Assembly (NCBI GenBank): GCA_963707985.1
Contig: CAVPRW010000045.1
Span: 1 to 64,000, forward strand
DNA length: 64,000 nucleotides
Direction of reading: 5' to 3'
Source: an uncultured Nitrospinota bacterium
Lineage (GTDB): Bacteria > Tectomicrobia > Entotheonellia > J063 > CAVPRW01
Shown here: piece by piece, positions 54,222 through 64,000 of the stretch
How positions within the stretch are numbered: position 1 is the first letter of the stretch
Layout of the letters: each line of letters opens with the position of its first letter
Notes under the pieces: generated by a model
What the model saw: only the letters and a program-made list of their open reading frames with translations
Told to the model about the DNA's origin: nothing
Databases searched by the model: none
Translations under genes and position numbers: made by a program

Positions 54222-56413
54222 CGTTTGTCCCGTACGTGGCCTTATCTTCCCGGATAATGGCGCGTTGAGACCTTGGAGCAGACAATAGATCATCACCAAG
54301 GCACTGCTCGACGCTTTTGAATCCACCGGTATTCTGGATATACCTGGCTACGGCGGCTAATTTTTCTTCAATGGCCATGTCGCGCTTCCAGATGTGCCTG
54401 AGTTGCCAAATCGCAAGCCTGATAATATGGCCGAAGATGAGGCATCGGACGTCCCCTCGCGTCGGCAGGACAGTCCCTGCGCGCAGACTCTCGGTGTCTT
54501 CACGCACGAGGTTGGCAATATCTCCAGGCATTTCCACAATCCAACGCCGAGGAACTTTGCCTGTCACCCGACATACGAAGACCGTATCGATGATGGACGA
54601 ACCAGTTTTGTGGATATGGATCGACCCGCCCATCTCAGCTGGACATGGGAGCGATGCCGAGCACGTCAGACCAGCGTCAAGGATAGCAACGGCTATCGGG
54701 TAATATGCCTCCAGGGAATTGTGGTGATACGTAAAAACAAAGGGGGCACCCGGCTTGAGAGCCTGGGTCATGCGACAGAAGCTTTCTGAAAGCCCTGCTG
54801 CAAAATGATTGACGCCTCGCTCCATCGTGACATTGCCAGTAAGTTCATTGGCGTTCCTCGTTGATACGGCTTGGAAAGCACGATCCGTTTTTCCCACTAA
54901 ACGTCGCAGCCATACGTAACAGAAATCCATCAACTCTGCGTACTGCACGTTCCCGAAGTAGGGTGGATCGGTAAGGACCGCATCCAAAGAGGCTGGTGCC
55001 ATGTGGGCTAGCGTAGCGCTTTCACAATGTAAGGCGACTTGACGCCGTTCAGGACCGCTCGTGCCGTTTCTCCGATCGCCTATCCACTCCCCTGGTATCA
55101 GTACCTGGACCTTGTGCTTGCCGTGATGTAGGAGCTCAAAGGGCTGGACGCAGTATGTCTTGGCTTTCATATACTTCTCTACAATATTGATCCAGCCCCC
55201 ACTGCCAATGTTTGTCCCTGTGCGCCTGTTGGCTATACCGAGGATATTCGATTCGCACTGAACGAGACCGACTGGAAAGCCATGCACAGAAAAAATGTCC
55301 AAGGACTTGAGGGCCATTGTGTCGTAGCGACACAGCATATTTTGATAACGCAGGAGATCTGATAAATTGGTCGCCAGAGCATTCCGCACCCGTTCATCAC
55401 TGCATCGCGCGATGGCTCGACAACTGAGTTCAAGCCCCAGCAGTTGCCTGGCGTTAAACATCTCCCGGTAGTGCTGATACCCCCATCTGTGAAGGCGGTC
55501 GGTTTCGTCGCCTCCTGGTATCTGGTCATCGGGAATAAAGAGCGGCTCTATTGTATGCACGATCGCATCGGCTTCGGCATACCTTTCCAGGTCTGCACTA
55601 TCTGGGGTCTTGAAGAACCGTCCTGTGCGTTGTGGCCTGCATTGCTTACAGTGATATTCGATGGCAAACATGCGGTGTTGGGGGGGACCAGCCTTCGCAT
55701 CAGGATAGGAATTAACCGCGTGGCAATGGGGACACTGGCACCGATTGCCCTTGGCGGGCCCCAAGCGAGAAAGCCGCGCGTTACACGCCTGACACACACC
55801 TGGGTTTTGCCGATCTTGGGTTTCGGTTAAGGCACCGCATGTGGGACAGATAAAGACGTTTTGCGGATGCCGTCGGTCCTCAGCAAGGAGATACCCAGGA
55901 AAGAGGTCGACATGTTGGCCACACTGGTGACATGCCTGCGTTTTGACCCAGAGAAAGTATTTCACGTCAGCGTCTGGTGCACTACAATACATGGCATTGT
56001 GTTCTGTAGAACGAACCCAGCTTATTTTCAAGCCAGACCATAAGCTTGTCAGCGGCTTGGCGGTAGGCGTGAAGATCAAGGGAAGTGATCTCTTGGTTGA
56101 CAATCCAGTATGCCATGGGATTGATGTCGTAGCCGATAACAGCGCACCCAAGCCTATTAGCTTCAAGCAAGGGTGTCCCACCACCCATGAAAGGATCGGC
56201 CACTTGAAGACCTTTCAGATCATTCGTCTTGAAATATATTTCACGTAGTGCACCATGCCCGAATTCGGATAAGAGTAGCGAGCGAAACAATGTCCCTGGA
56301 CGGCGAGCAAACCATTTGTGAACAGCGATCACTGGCCTGTAATTTTGCTGAATTTGTTTTTCACGTAAGGCCATTGCTGCAACAAAAGACACATCATAAT
56401 CTTTCTCTATCAT
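54199..56413 (-). CDS. Zn-ribbon amino-DNA methyltransferase (DUF1156/COG1743-like), frameshifted near 55985
   Basis: HKWFARRP, DPFMGGGT motif I, TDPPY motif IV, five CxxC pairs. Confidence 0.88.
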
Positions 56414-57226
56414 GCAGTCCTCTAAGGAACACTATGGATTAGAACTGCGAGACCCCATTGCCGGCGCAGCCGTGTGTCTTTCATCTCCGCATACTGCGCT
56501 GAGCTGATCCGTGGTGCCGCGCTCGGCGCTGGCGCTGATACCCATCGAGAGGATGCTTTCGGCCATAGGGTTGAACTCCTGCCGCACCCGGCCATGGAGA
56601 TGTCGAGCCGCAGCCGGTTTCGCGCCATGACCGTTACCTCCGAGCACGTCACAGGAATGCGACGCCAACTGCATCCTCGGCCGGGGCCGCCTTCAGGACT
56701 TCGACTGGGCCGAGCAGCCCTTCGACGAGATTAACAGCGTGACTCACCGGCGACATGATCGCAAACATATACCCAGCGCATCTATCTCCCCAGGCGCCTT
56801 GCCCGAGGCAAGCCCCCCACGGCACCCTCACGACCCTACCCTACCCCATCGTGCGGCACCATGTCCAGCCCCAGGCTAGCTGCGCCGCCCCAGCCTGTGC
56901 CCCGGAGCGCGGCAAGGGCGACCGGTATACCCGAGGCGTGCAACATGCACCCCCCAGGCGCGGCGTATGCTGCTGGCGGGTGCCAGCGGCTCAAGCCTTC
57001 CACATCGTTACATTGTGTGCCACTCGGACTCTCATCTCCCTTGACATACGGAACGTATCACGGCAGGATTGGTCCATCTCCCATCTTTCTCGTCAGACAT
57101 CTCCATGTTCCATGATCAGCTGCTGATGATTGCTAGGACACACCACATACCGCGTCTTCGGCGGTCCGAGCACAACGGGAGGAGGGAAGCCACGAAGCGG
57201 AGCACGGGACGGATACTCACGACGCA

Positions 57227-57394
57227 CGCAGGATAGTGAGATACGCCAACATCATGGGACGCGACAACGTGATCGCTGGCACGGACTGTGGGTATGGGAA
57301 CCGTGTGTACCCAGACATCGCTTGGGCCAAGATGCAAGCCATGGCGGAAGGTGCAGCACTGGCCACTCAGCAACTCTGGTCCCGATCAAGGTAA
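57227..57394 (+). pseudogene. C-terminal remnant of a second MetE-II-family gene
   Basis: RIVRYANIMGRDNVIAGTDCGYG...AWAKMQAMAEGAALATQQLW. Confidence 0.8.
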
Positions 57395-57405
57395 GGAGAC
57401 TCACG

Positions 57406-58551
57406 ATGCAGCGGAGCATACAGCGTATCCTGACCACTCACACCGGCAGCTTGCCACGACCCGACGACCTGCTTGAGATGCTCATGGCCAGGGAGGAGGG
57501 CCGTTTGCACGACATGCAGGGCTTCCAGGCTCGCGTGCGTGAAGCCGTCGGCGAGTGCGTCCGCAAGCAGAGAGACACCGGCCTGGACATCGTCAATGAC
57601 GGCGAGTGGAGCAAGCCTGACTACTCGACCTACGTCAAAAACCGTTTTACCGGTTTCGAGGGCGAGCCGACGCCAACCGACACCGGTCGGGACATGCTCG
57701 ACTTCCCCGAATACGCCCCCTTCCGCCGTTCCGGCGTGCAGCAGAGGTTGCGCCCTAAGTGCAACGGCCCGATCGCCTGGAAGGACTTCGACGCCGTCAG
57801 ACGCGACATCGACAACCTCAAGGCCGCTGCCGGCAATGCCGCAGAGGTCTTCATGACGGCAGTATCGCCCGGCCAGGTGGCGCGCTTCCAGGGCAACAGC
57901 TACTACAGGTCAGACGAGGAGTACCTGTGGGCGCTTGCTGACGTCCTCAAAGAGGAGTACAAGGCGATCACCGACGCCGGCTTCACGCTGCAGCTCGATT
58001 GCCCGGACCTGGCCTCCGGCTGGAATGGGCAGTTCCGCTCACTGACGCTCGCGGAGTTTCGCAAGGTCGTCGACCTGCACCTCGAGGTGCTCAACGCCGC
58101 CACCAAAGACATTCCGCCCGATCGTATGCGCCTCCATCTCTGCTGGGGCAACTATGAGGGCCCGCACAATCACGACATTCCCTTGCGTGAGATCATCGAG
58201 CCGGTGCTGCAGGCACGGCCCGCGGCGGTCTGCTTCGAGGGCGCCAACCCCCGTCACGAGCACGAATGGACCGTCTTCGAAGACGTGAAGCTGCCCGACG
58301 GGAAATGCCTCGTCCCAGGCGTCATCGACTCGACGACCAATTTCATCGAGCACCCGGAGCTTGTCGCCCAGCGCATCGCACGTTATGCGGAGGTCGTGGG
58401 GCGGGAGAATGTCGTTGCAGGCGTCGACTGCGGTTTCGCGACCTTCGCTGGTGCGCCCACCGTGGTGCCGACGATTGTCTGGGCGAAGCTCGGTGCCCTC
58501 GCTGAGGGCGCACGAATCGCCAGCAACAAGCTGTGGGCACACCCTACATGA
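57406..58551 (+). CDS. cobalamin-independent methionine synthase II family protein
   Basis: THTGSLPRP, LQLDCP, LHLCWGNY, GVDCGF Zn ligands; AAGGAG RBS. Confidence 0.92.
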   Translation: MQRSIQRILTTHTGSLPRPDDLLEMLMAREEGRLHDMQGFQARVREAVGECVRKQRDTGLDIVNDGEWSKPDYSTYVKNRFTGFEGEPTPTDTGRDMLDFPEYAPFRRSGVQQRLRPKCNGPIAWKDFDAVRRDIDNLKAAAGNAAEVFMTAVSPGQVARFQGNSYYRSDEEYLWALADVLKEEYKAITDAGFTLQLDCPDLASGWNGQFRSLTLAEFRKVVDLHLEVLNAATKDIPPDRMRLHLCWGNYEGPHNHDIPLREIIEPVLQARPAAVCFEGANPRHEHEWTVFEDVKLPDGKCLVPGVIDSTTNFIEHPELVAQRIARYAEVVGRENVVAGVDCGFATFAGAPTVVPTIVWAKLGALAEGARIASNKLWAHPT

Positions 58552-58594
58552 AAGGAAAGCGCCAGCGATGTGACGACACGATGAGCGGTGACTA

Positions 58595-59992
58595 GTACAG
58601 CTTGGCGAAACCAACTTTTTGGTTGAGTATGCACCCCTCCCAACATGTGCAGACAGCCCAGCTATCTCGAGCCGTAGGAGGAGTGCAGATGCGCCCACCA
58701 CGAGGTCCTCGTCCGCTCGTCGATTCTGCTCACGGACCGGCAGCGTGCCATGCTGGAAGACACGGTTCACAGCCGGCGGCGACCGCACGACGAAGTCCAG
58801 CGGGCCACCATCATCCTCCAGAGTGCGGACGGGGCCCGGACCCGGCATCTGGCCGAGGCGCTGCGGGTCAGCGCCCCGACGGTCCGGCTCTGGCGTGGGC
58901 GCTGGGCCCAGGCCGCCCCGCAGCTGGCGGCCGCGGAAGCGGAGGCCGACGACGAGACCTTGCGCGGCCTCCTCCAGCAGGTCTTACACGATGCGCCCCG
59001 CCGTGGACGGCCGGCCACGTTTACCGCAGAGCAGCTCTGCCAGATCGTCGCCGTTGCCTGTGAAGTTCCCGAGGCTGCCGACCGGCCGGTGAGCCACTGG
59101 ACACCCCGAGAATTAGCCGATGCAGTGATTAAACGTGGCATTGTGCCAACCATTTCCCCGCGCAGCGTCGGGCGTTTTTTAACAGGAGGCGGACTTAAAA
59201 CCGCATCAGTCGCGGTATTGGCTCAATCATGACCGGGCGGCGGACCCGCAGCCAATTTGACACTGATGTCCAGACGATCTGCGAGTTGTATCACCAGGCC
59301 CAAGAGCGACATGAACACGGGGTACATGTCGTGAGCACGGATGAGAAGACCGGCATTCAGGCCAATGAGCGGGCCCATCCAACACGGCCCGTGCAGCCAG
59401 GCCTGGTGGAACGCGTGGAATTTGAATACATCCGTCATGGAACCCAGACGTTGATCGCCAATTTTGAGGTCGCGACAGGACACGTTATCGCGCCCTCCGT
59501 GGGCCTGACCAGGACCGAAGAGGATTTTGTGAGACACATTGAGCGCACGATTGCGCTTGATCCTGCCGCGGGGTGGATTTTTATCGCCGATCATCTCAAC
59601 ACGCATCAATCCGAATCCCTGGTCCAGTTGGTCGCTGAACAGTGTGGGATTGAAGAGGCGTGAGGCGTGAAAGGGAAATCTGGTATTTTAGCGTCCATGC
59701 CCACGCGCGCAGCATTCTTACAAGATCCGACGCATCGCATCCGATTTGTCTATACCCCAAAGCATACGTCCTGGTTGAATCAGGTGGAAATCTGGTTGAG
59801 CATCCTCGTGCGGCGGCTACTCAAACGGGCCAGTTTCACCTCCGTTGACGAGCTCCGCGAGCGGCTCATAGCCTTTATCGACTATTTCAACACGACCATG
59901 GCCAAGCCGTTCAAGTGGACCTCTGCAGGGCGTCCGTTAGTCGCGTATCCATTGGCAGCTTCAACAAGAAAAAAACTTCCGCCAAGCTGTAC
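58595..59992 (+). mobile_element. IS630 family element with terminal inverted repeats and TA duplication
   Basis: CTAGTACAGCTTGGCG at 58592 and CGCCAAGCTGTACTAG ending 59995; [29 protein letters not shown]; several frameshifts. Confidence 0.92.
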
Positions 59993-60105
59993 TAGGGTGA
60001 TGCATACGGGTGCTAACCTGCCCGCTTGTGGTTGCTACGGATTTTCTGGACCCACAGCTGTGGGATGTAGCCTTACGGAGTGCTGGGGTTGTCAGAGCGA
60101 CTCAG

Positions 60106-60633
60106 CTATGAGAGCTTCCTGACAAGGGCCATCATAGCCACCCCTGGGCTTATGAGCACAATCTCGCGTCCGATCGCCCGCAGAAGATACCAAGGCCCGC
60201 CTCTCGTCGCGGCATGGTGGCCCGACTTTTTGAAAGTTATTCCCAGAAGCCACGGTCGCCGCACCTGATATCGTCGACATGAGAAGGGCCAGCCTAGCAT
60301 GAGTGCGCGACCTGGATTCAAGCAATCGAGGCCCACATGGGACCCGTACGCCAGGAAAATCAGCCCAGCCTTCAGCAGCCAGGGCATCGGCGACCACGTC
60401 CACAGCGACGCTCCCGTAGCTGCCACGATGAAAGCGGCGATGATCGTGTGGCTGGGGCCCCGATGTATGGCGCGGGGATTCCCGACGAAAAGTCCCGGAA
60501 TGAAATCGGCGTCTGGCAGGTTGGCACTGATAAGACAGACAGCCCAGGCCTCCCAGGCCTGGGGCATGCCTGGTGGAATGAGCGCAAGCGCTACGGCACA
60601 CCCTGCCAGAGTATGACCAATCGGTGAGGGCAT
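60106..60633 (-). CDS. YdjM-like membrane metal-dependent hydrolase
   Basis: MPSPIGH, NLPDAD, HRGPSHT, SHVGLD. Confidence 0.85.
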   Translation of the reverse strand: MPSPIGHTLAGCAVALALIPPGMPQAWEAWAVCLISANLPDADFIPGLFVGNPRAIHRGPSHTIIAAFIVAATGASLWTWSPMPWLLKAGLIFLAYGSHVGLDCLNPGRALMLGWPFSCRRYQVRRPWLLGITFKKSGHHAATRGGPWYLLRAIGREIVLISPGVAMMALVRKLS

Positions 60634-60990
60634 CACTTCCTCCACAGCAATCATGGCATTACACCACCCAGCACGACCCGCATCGGCTCGCACGACGGAA
60701 ATCCGCTCCTCGCCGTTAGCTTTCCCTATGATAGCAGCAGGCATGAGACCTACGCTAGGGGATGGCGCCCTGCCTGCCAACGTGTGAGGGGGGAGCAAAC
60801 GGGAACCCATCGTGAGGGGTGGATTGGATGACTTCTGCGAGGAGGGGGATCTATAAGGAGGATGGTGGCACGGCAGCTCACCACCATCCTGGTGAAGATT
60901 CGACGCTATTGAGAGGGACAGAACCGCGCCTTTCATTTCGTGGCGTGGCCGTCGCTCTTTGCCCCTCAACAAGACGTGGATGTCAACCGC

Positions 60991-61530
60991 CTAGCGTTTC
61001 ACCATCAAGTTGCGGGCATCAACCTGCCTGACGCCTTGAGTACTCCGGGCCAATTGGATGGCCCTCTGACGCTCCTGCTCGCTCGTCACAATGCCGTTCA
61101 GACTTACAGTCCCAGCCAGCGTATCGACATCGATCGCCGCGGCACTGACGACCGGGTCGGCAATAAGGCTAGATTTCACTTTGGCGGTGATGGCGGTATC
61201 ATCGTAGGCTTCGCTAACGCTCTGACGACCTGTCATCGCCGTACAGCCCATGAGGATCAGCACCACGAGGACGACAGCCGCTTGCGCTTTGCAGAGATTT
61301 AAGAGTTTCATTGTACCCCCGTTCCGGACCGCCCCCATGGTAGCGCTCAGTGCTTCCCCTAGGGCTTGAGCCCTGGACTGAAGCCCATTGCGGGCGACAC
61401 TACCCTGATATTGTCCCCACTCGATCAGGGTGTGACCCAATGCCTGTAGATTGGTGCGGAGCTGAGCGACCTGCTCCTGAATCGTTTCAACATTGTGTGA
61501 ATCATTCTCCGATGCGGGATTTTTAGCCAT
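60991..61530 (-). CDS. BON-domain lipoprotein (start 61311) with an in-frame upstream coiled-coil segment
   Basis: LILMGC lipobox, DDTAITAKVKSSL, IDVDT..GTVSLNG. Confidence 0.8.
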   Translation of the reverse strand: MAKNPASENDSHNVETIQEQVAQLRTNLQALGHTLIEWGQYQGSVARNGLQSRAQALGEALSATMGAVRNGGTMKLLNLCKAQAAVVLVVLILMGCTAMTGRQSVSEAYDDTAITAKVKSSLIADPVVSAAAIDVDTLAGTVSLNGIVTSEQERQRAIQLARSTQGVRQVDARNLMVKR

Positions 61531-62013
61531 GACTCGGCTCTCCTCTGTAGAGAGATTGTAGGTCCACGGCCGCACACTGCACCGGCTGCCGCACCCCGCG
61601 GATTTAATGGCGTTCTCGCACGTGTCTTTCACGCGCAGGCTGCCACCGTGACGGTGCAAGGTCGATGCCCGTCCATCAGTGCTGAGATCTCTGTCATCGG
61701 CGCACCCACACTGGAGGGTTGGGACGCCTGAGGCCGCGGTGGGCGGTGAGGGCACGGACGCAAGCATAGAGGGAATGCCGATGCTGGCGCAACGTGTGAA
61801 GCGCTGCTTCTGAAGAGCTCCTGAACTCAGCAGCTATCCCACTCATTTTGAGAGGTACTCACGTTCGGCCTGCCAATTTGAGAGGATTATCCTCTTGGGT
61901 TCCCTTTCGTCTTTGCGTATCCAACTCCTGAAGCCTCGCACGTATGGTGTCCACAAGGTTTGTGTTATAGTGGGTGCCGGAGTGAGTCTTCACCGGAGGC
62001 TTTCTTCATAGAC

Positions 62014-62119
62014 TCATGCCGCGTCTGGGGCGAACGGCGTACCAACGACCTGCATGCCTCGACGACCGCTCTCGAATTCCGCCTGTCCGAAAAGGCGATT
62101 GGAGTTTTTCAACAGCCTA
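62014..62119 (-). mobile_element. possible IS5/IS1182-type end remnant
   Basis: minus strand AGGCTGTTGAAAAACTC resembles IS5/IS1182 termini; no transposase or partner end seen. Confidence 0.35.
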
Positions 62120-62137
62120 CTTGAGGAGGAGCGCCCC

Positions 62138-62554
62138 ATGCCTGATCGATTATCCCTGAGTTTTGCGCAAGTCCAGGCGGCCATGAAGGCTATGACTGAT
62201 AAGGCGATGCAGACGCCCAATGAGCCCGTAGCCATGGCCATCGTGGACGACACTGGAAACCTGGTAGCCTACATCAAGATGGACAATCTCCGGCTGTTCA
62301 GTCGCCGTCACGCGCTCCGGAAGGCATACACGGCTGCTATTGTGGGTATAGATACGGGTGCCCATGCGCAGCGCTTGCATAGCCAAGGGAGAAGCATCAG
62401 CGAGTTGGGAGATGCCAATCTGACGCATGGCCAGGGAGGCCTGGTGATTATGAAAGATGGCGTCATTCTGGGAGGTATCGGCGTCGGTGGCTATCCCAGC
62501 GGCCAGCGAGATGAAGACCTGGCGCGTGTAGGGCTTGAGGCGATGAACGTGTAG
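62138..62554 (+). CDS. GlcG/HbpS-family heme-binding protein
   Basis: AIVDDTGNL, ALRKAYTA, GGIGVGG...DEDLA. Confidence 0.9.
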   Translation: MPDRLSLSFAQVQAAMKAMTDKAMQTPNEPVAMAIVDDTGNLVAYIKMDNLRLFSRRHALRKAYTAAIVGIDTGAHAQRLHSQGRSISELGDANLTHGQGGLVIMKDGVILGGIGVGGYPSGQRDEDLARVGLEAMNV

Positions 62555-62803
62555 CAGGGAATCGTCTTGCTAGCGATCCTCACTCACCGGGGATCGCTCA
62601 GAGATGCAAGAAGACCCAGCGGGGCGCTTCATCCGTTGTGAACCAGGCGAAGTCAGGCCAGTCGCGATCTGTCCGCTTCGGTAGGCCGGCTTCGCCAAGG
62701 CTCTATAGTCGTCCTGTGCAGACCATCTCCCCTGGTATTGCGTGACGCGTTGCGTCGTTACGTGATTCACTACATATTGAATTTTTAGTCAGAAAGTTTT
62801 ACT

Positions 62804-64000
62804 GGGTGCCTCGGCGTGAGGAGGAACATCCCAAAGCATGGCTGAGTTCACGATATCCATACCGGACGAGTGTAGAGGAAATGAGTTGAGACTCAAAGCG
62901 GCACGAGACAACGATTTTCAGGTGCAAGGGATCCTCCGTCCATGGTAGAAACCTGGGAACATGTCGCCAAGTGTTCCGATGGTTGACCATGTCAGGAGGA
63001 TCCCCATGGACGCGCTCGAGGTCGAGACGAGTATCGCGGCAGGCGAGCAGGCGCTCCAGGCGTTGATCACGTGTGCCAGGGAGCGTGCCGGCACGCTTGA
63101 GGCGCACGAAGCGGAGCAGGGCATCTTCAAGCGGCTGCTGCCCATGGGGTTGGCGGCGATGAAGCGCTCCTTTGCCCAGTGCGGGACGGGCGATGTGGGA
63201 CCGGCCGTCACGCGGGCCGACGGGGCGTCCTGCCGCGGGAGACGCCGCTGCGAGGGCGGGACTCCTGTTCGCTCTTCGGCACGTTCCAGGTGGCCCGGAC
63301 CTGCGACCGCACAGCCCGGGGAGCCCGGGAGCGTCCCGCTGGACGCCCAGGTCAACCTGCCCGAGCGGTGCGACTCGTACGTCCTGCAGGAGTGGATGAC
63401 GTGGTGCGCGGTCGAGCCCCCGTTCAAGGAGCGTGCGAGCTGGTTCGAGCCGTGCTTCGCGCTCGAGTTGGCCGAGAGCGTCTTGATGGAGGTGGCCCAG
63501 GAGGCGCCTGAAGACTATGAGCGCTTCTCGGCGCAACGGCCTGTGGCGCCGGAAGAAAGCGCGGGAGCGCTCTTGGTCGTGCGTGTTGACGGCAAAGGCG
63601 TGCCCATGATGAAGGCAGAGGCGGTCACGCTGAAAGCCACGTGGGGCACGGGCGAGAAGCGGCAGCGGAAGAAGGCAGCACTGGTGGGGGTCTGCGACAC
63701 GGTTGACGCCAAGCCGCGCGTCGCCCGAGGCGCTCGCGGAACTCCTGGTCGATCCGGAAGCCGCACACGCACGCCAGCAGCGAGCCGGCACGGCGGACGA
63801 GGTGCCCCGAGCCCACCAGGTGCGTCGTGTGGCCAGCCTGGTGCGGACGAAGCCGGCGGTGATGGAGCTGATCAAGGCCGACGCGGAGCGCCGGGATACC
63901 CCAGCACCACCAACCTTTGGTCGTCTTGCTCGATGGCGCCCTCGGCCTGTGGAACTTGGCGCCCAAGCGCTGCAAGCCGTGGAAGCGCGTGACGTCTGTC
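62804..64000 (+). mobile_element. ISKra4-family transposase, frameshifted and cut by the window edge
   Basis: PLDAQVNLPERCDSYVLQEW, VRVDGKGVPM, KKAALVG; left boundary approximate. Confidence 0.75.

Noticed and set aside
56430..57200. Short ORFs between the MTase and MetE-II
   Set aside because: No recognisable motif or consistent frame; probably decayed sequence

Overview
GC-rich (roughly 60%) bacterial accessory region. The gene content (class III cyclase-STAND-TPR protein, three ThDP enzymes, LLM/F420 oxidoreductases, MetE-II, many IS families) resembles Ca. Entotheonella/Tectomicrobia, but that assignment is inference only. It holds catabolic and transport genes (PotABCD-like ABC transporter, MFS, cbiMNQO with a cobalamin riboswitch, S9 peptidase). 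Defence-type genes include an Rpn-family nuclease with a probable internal antitoxin start, a truncated Avs3-like nuclease domain, a ~1650-aa Mrr-like nuclease-NACHT protein, a Zn-ribbon MTase/REase pair, two PIN toxin-antitoxin pairs and a decayed zeta-like pair. IS debris is abundant (IS701-like, IS5-like, ISL3, IS6, IS3, IS481-like, Tn3, IS110, IS630, ISKra4). Many genes carry single-base frameshifts that may be long-read assembly errors. The least explained elements are (i) a module at 1137-1978 with six phased direct repeats in front of a translationally coupled ParB/Srx-like gene and a classical C2H2 zinc-finger gene, and (ii) an acyl-CoA dehydrogenase / Cys-less OsmC / signal-less PhnD-like cluster. 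No rRNA, tRNA or CRISPR array was seen. Family calls are from motif recognition, not database searches.
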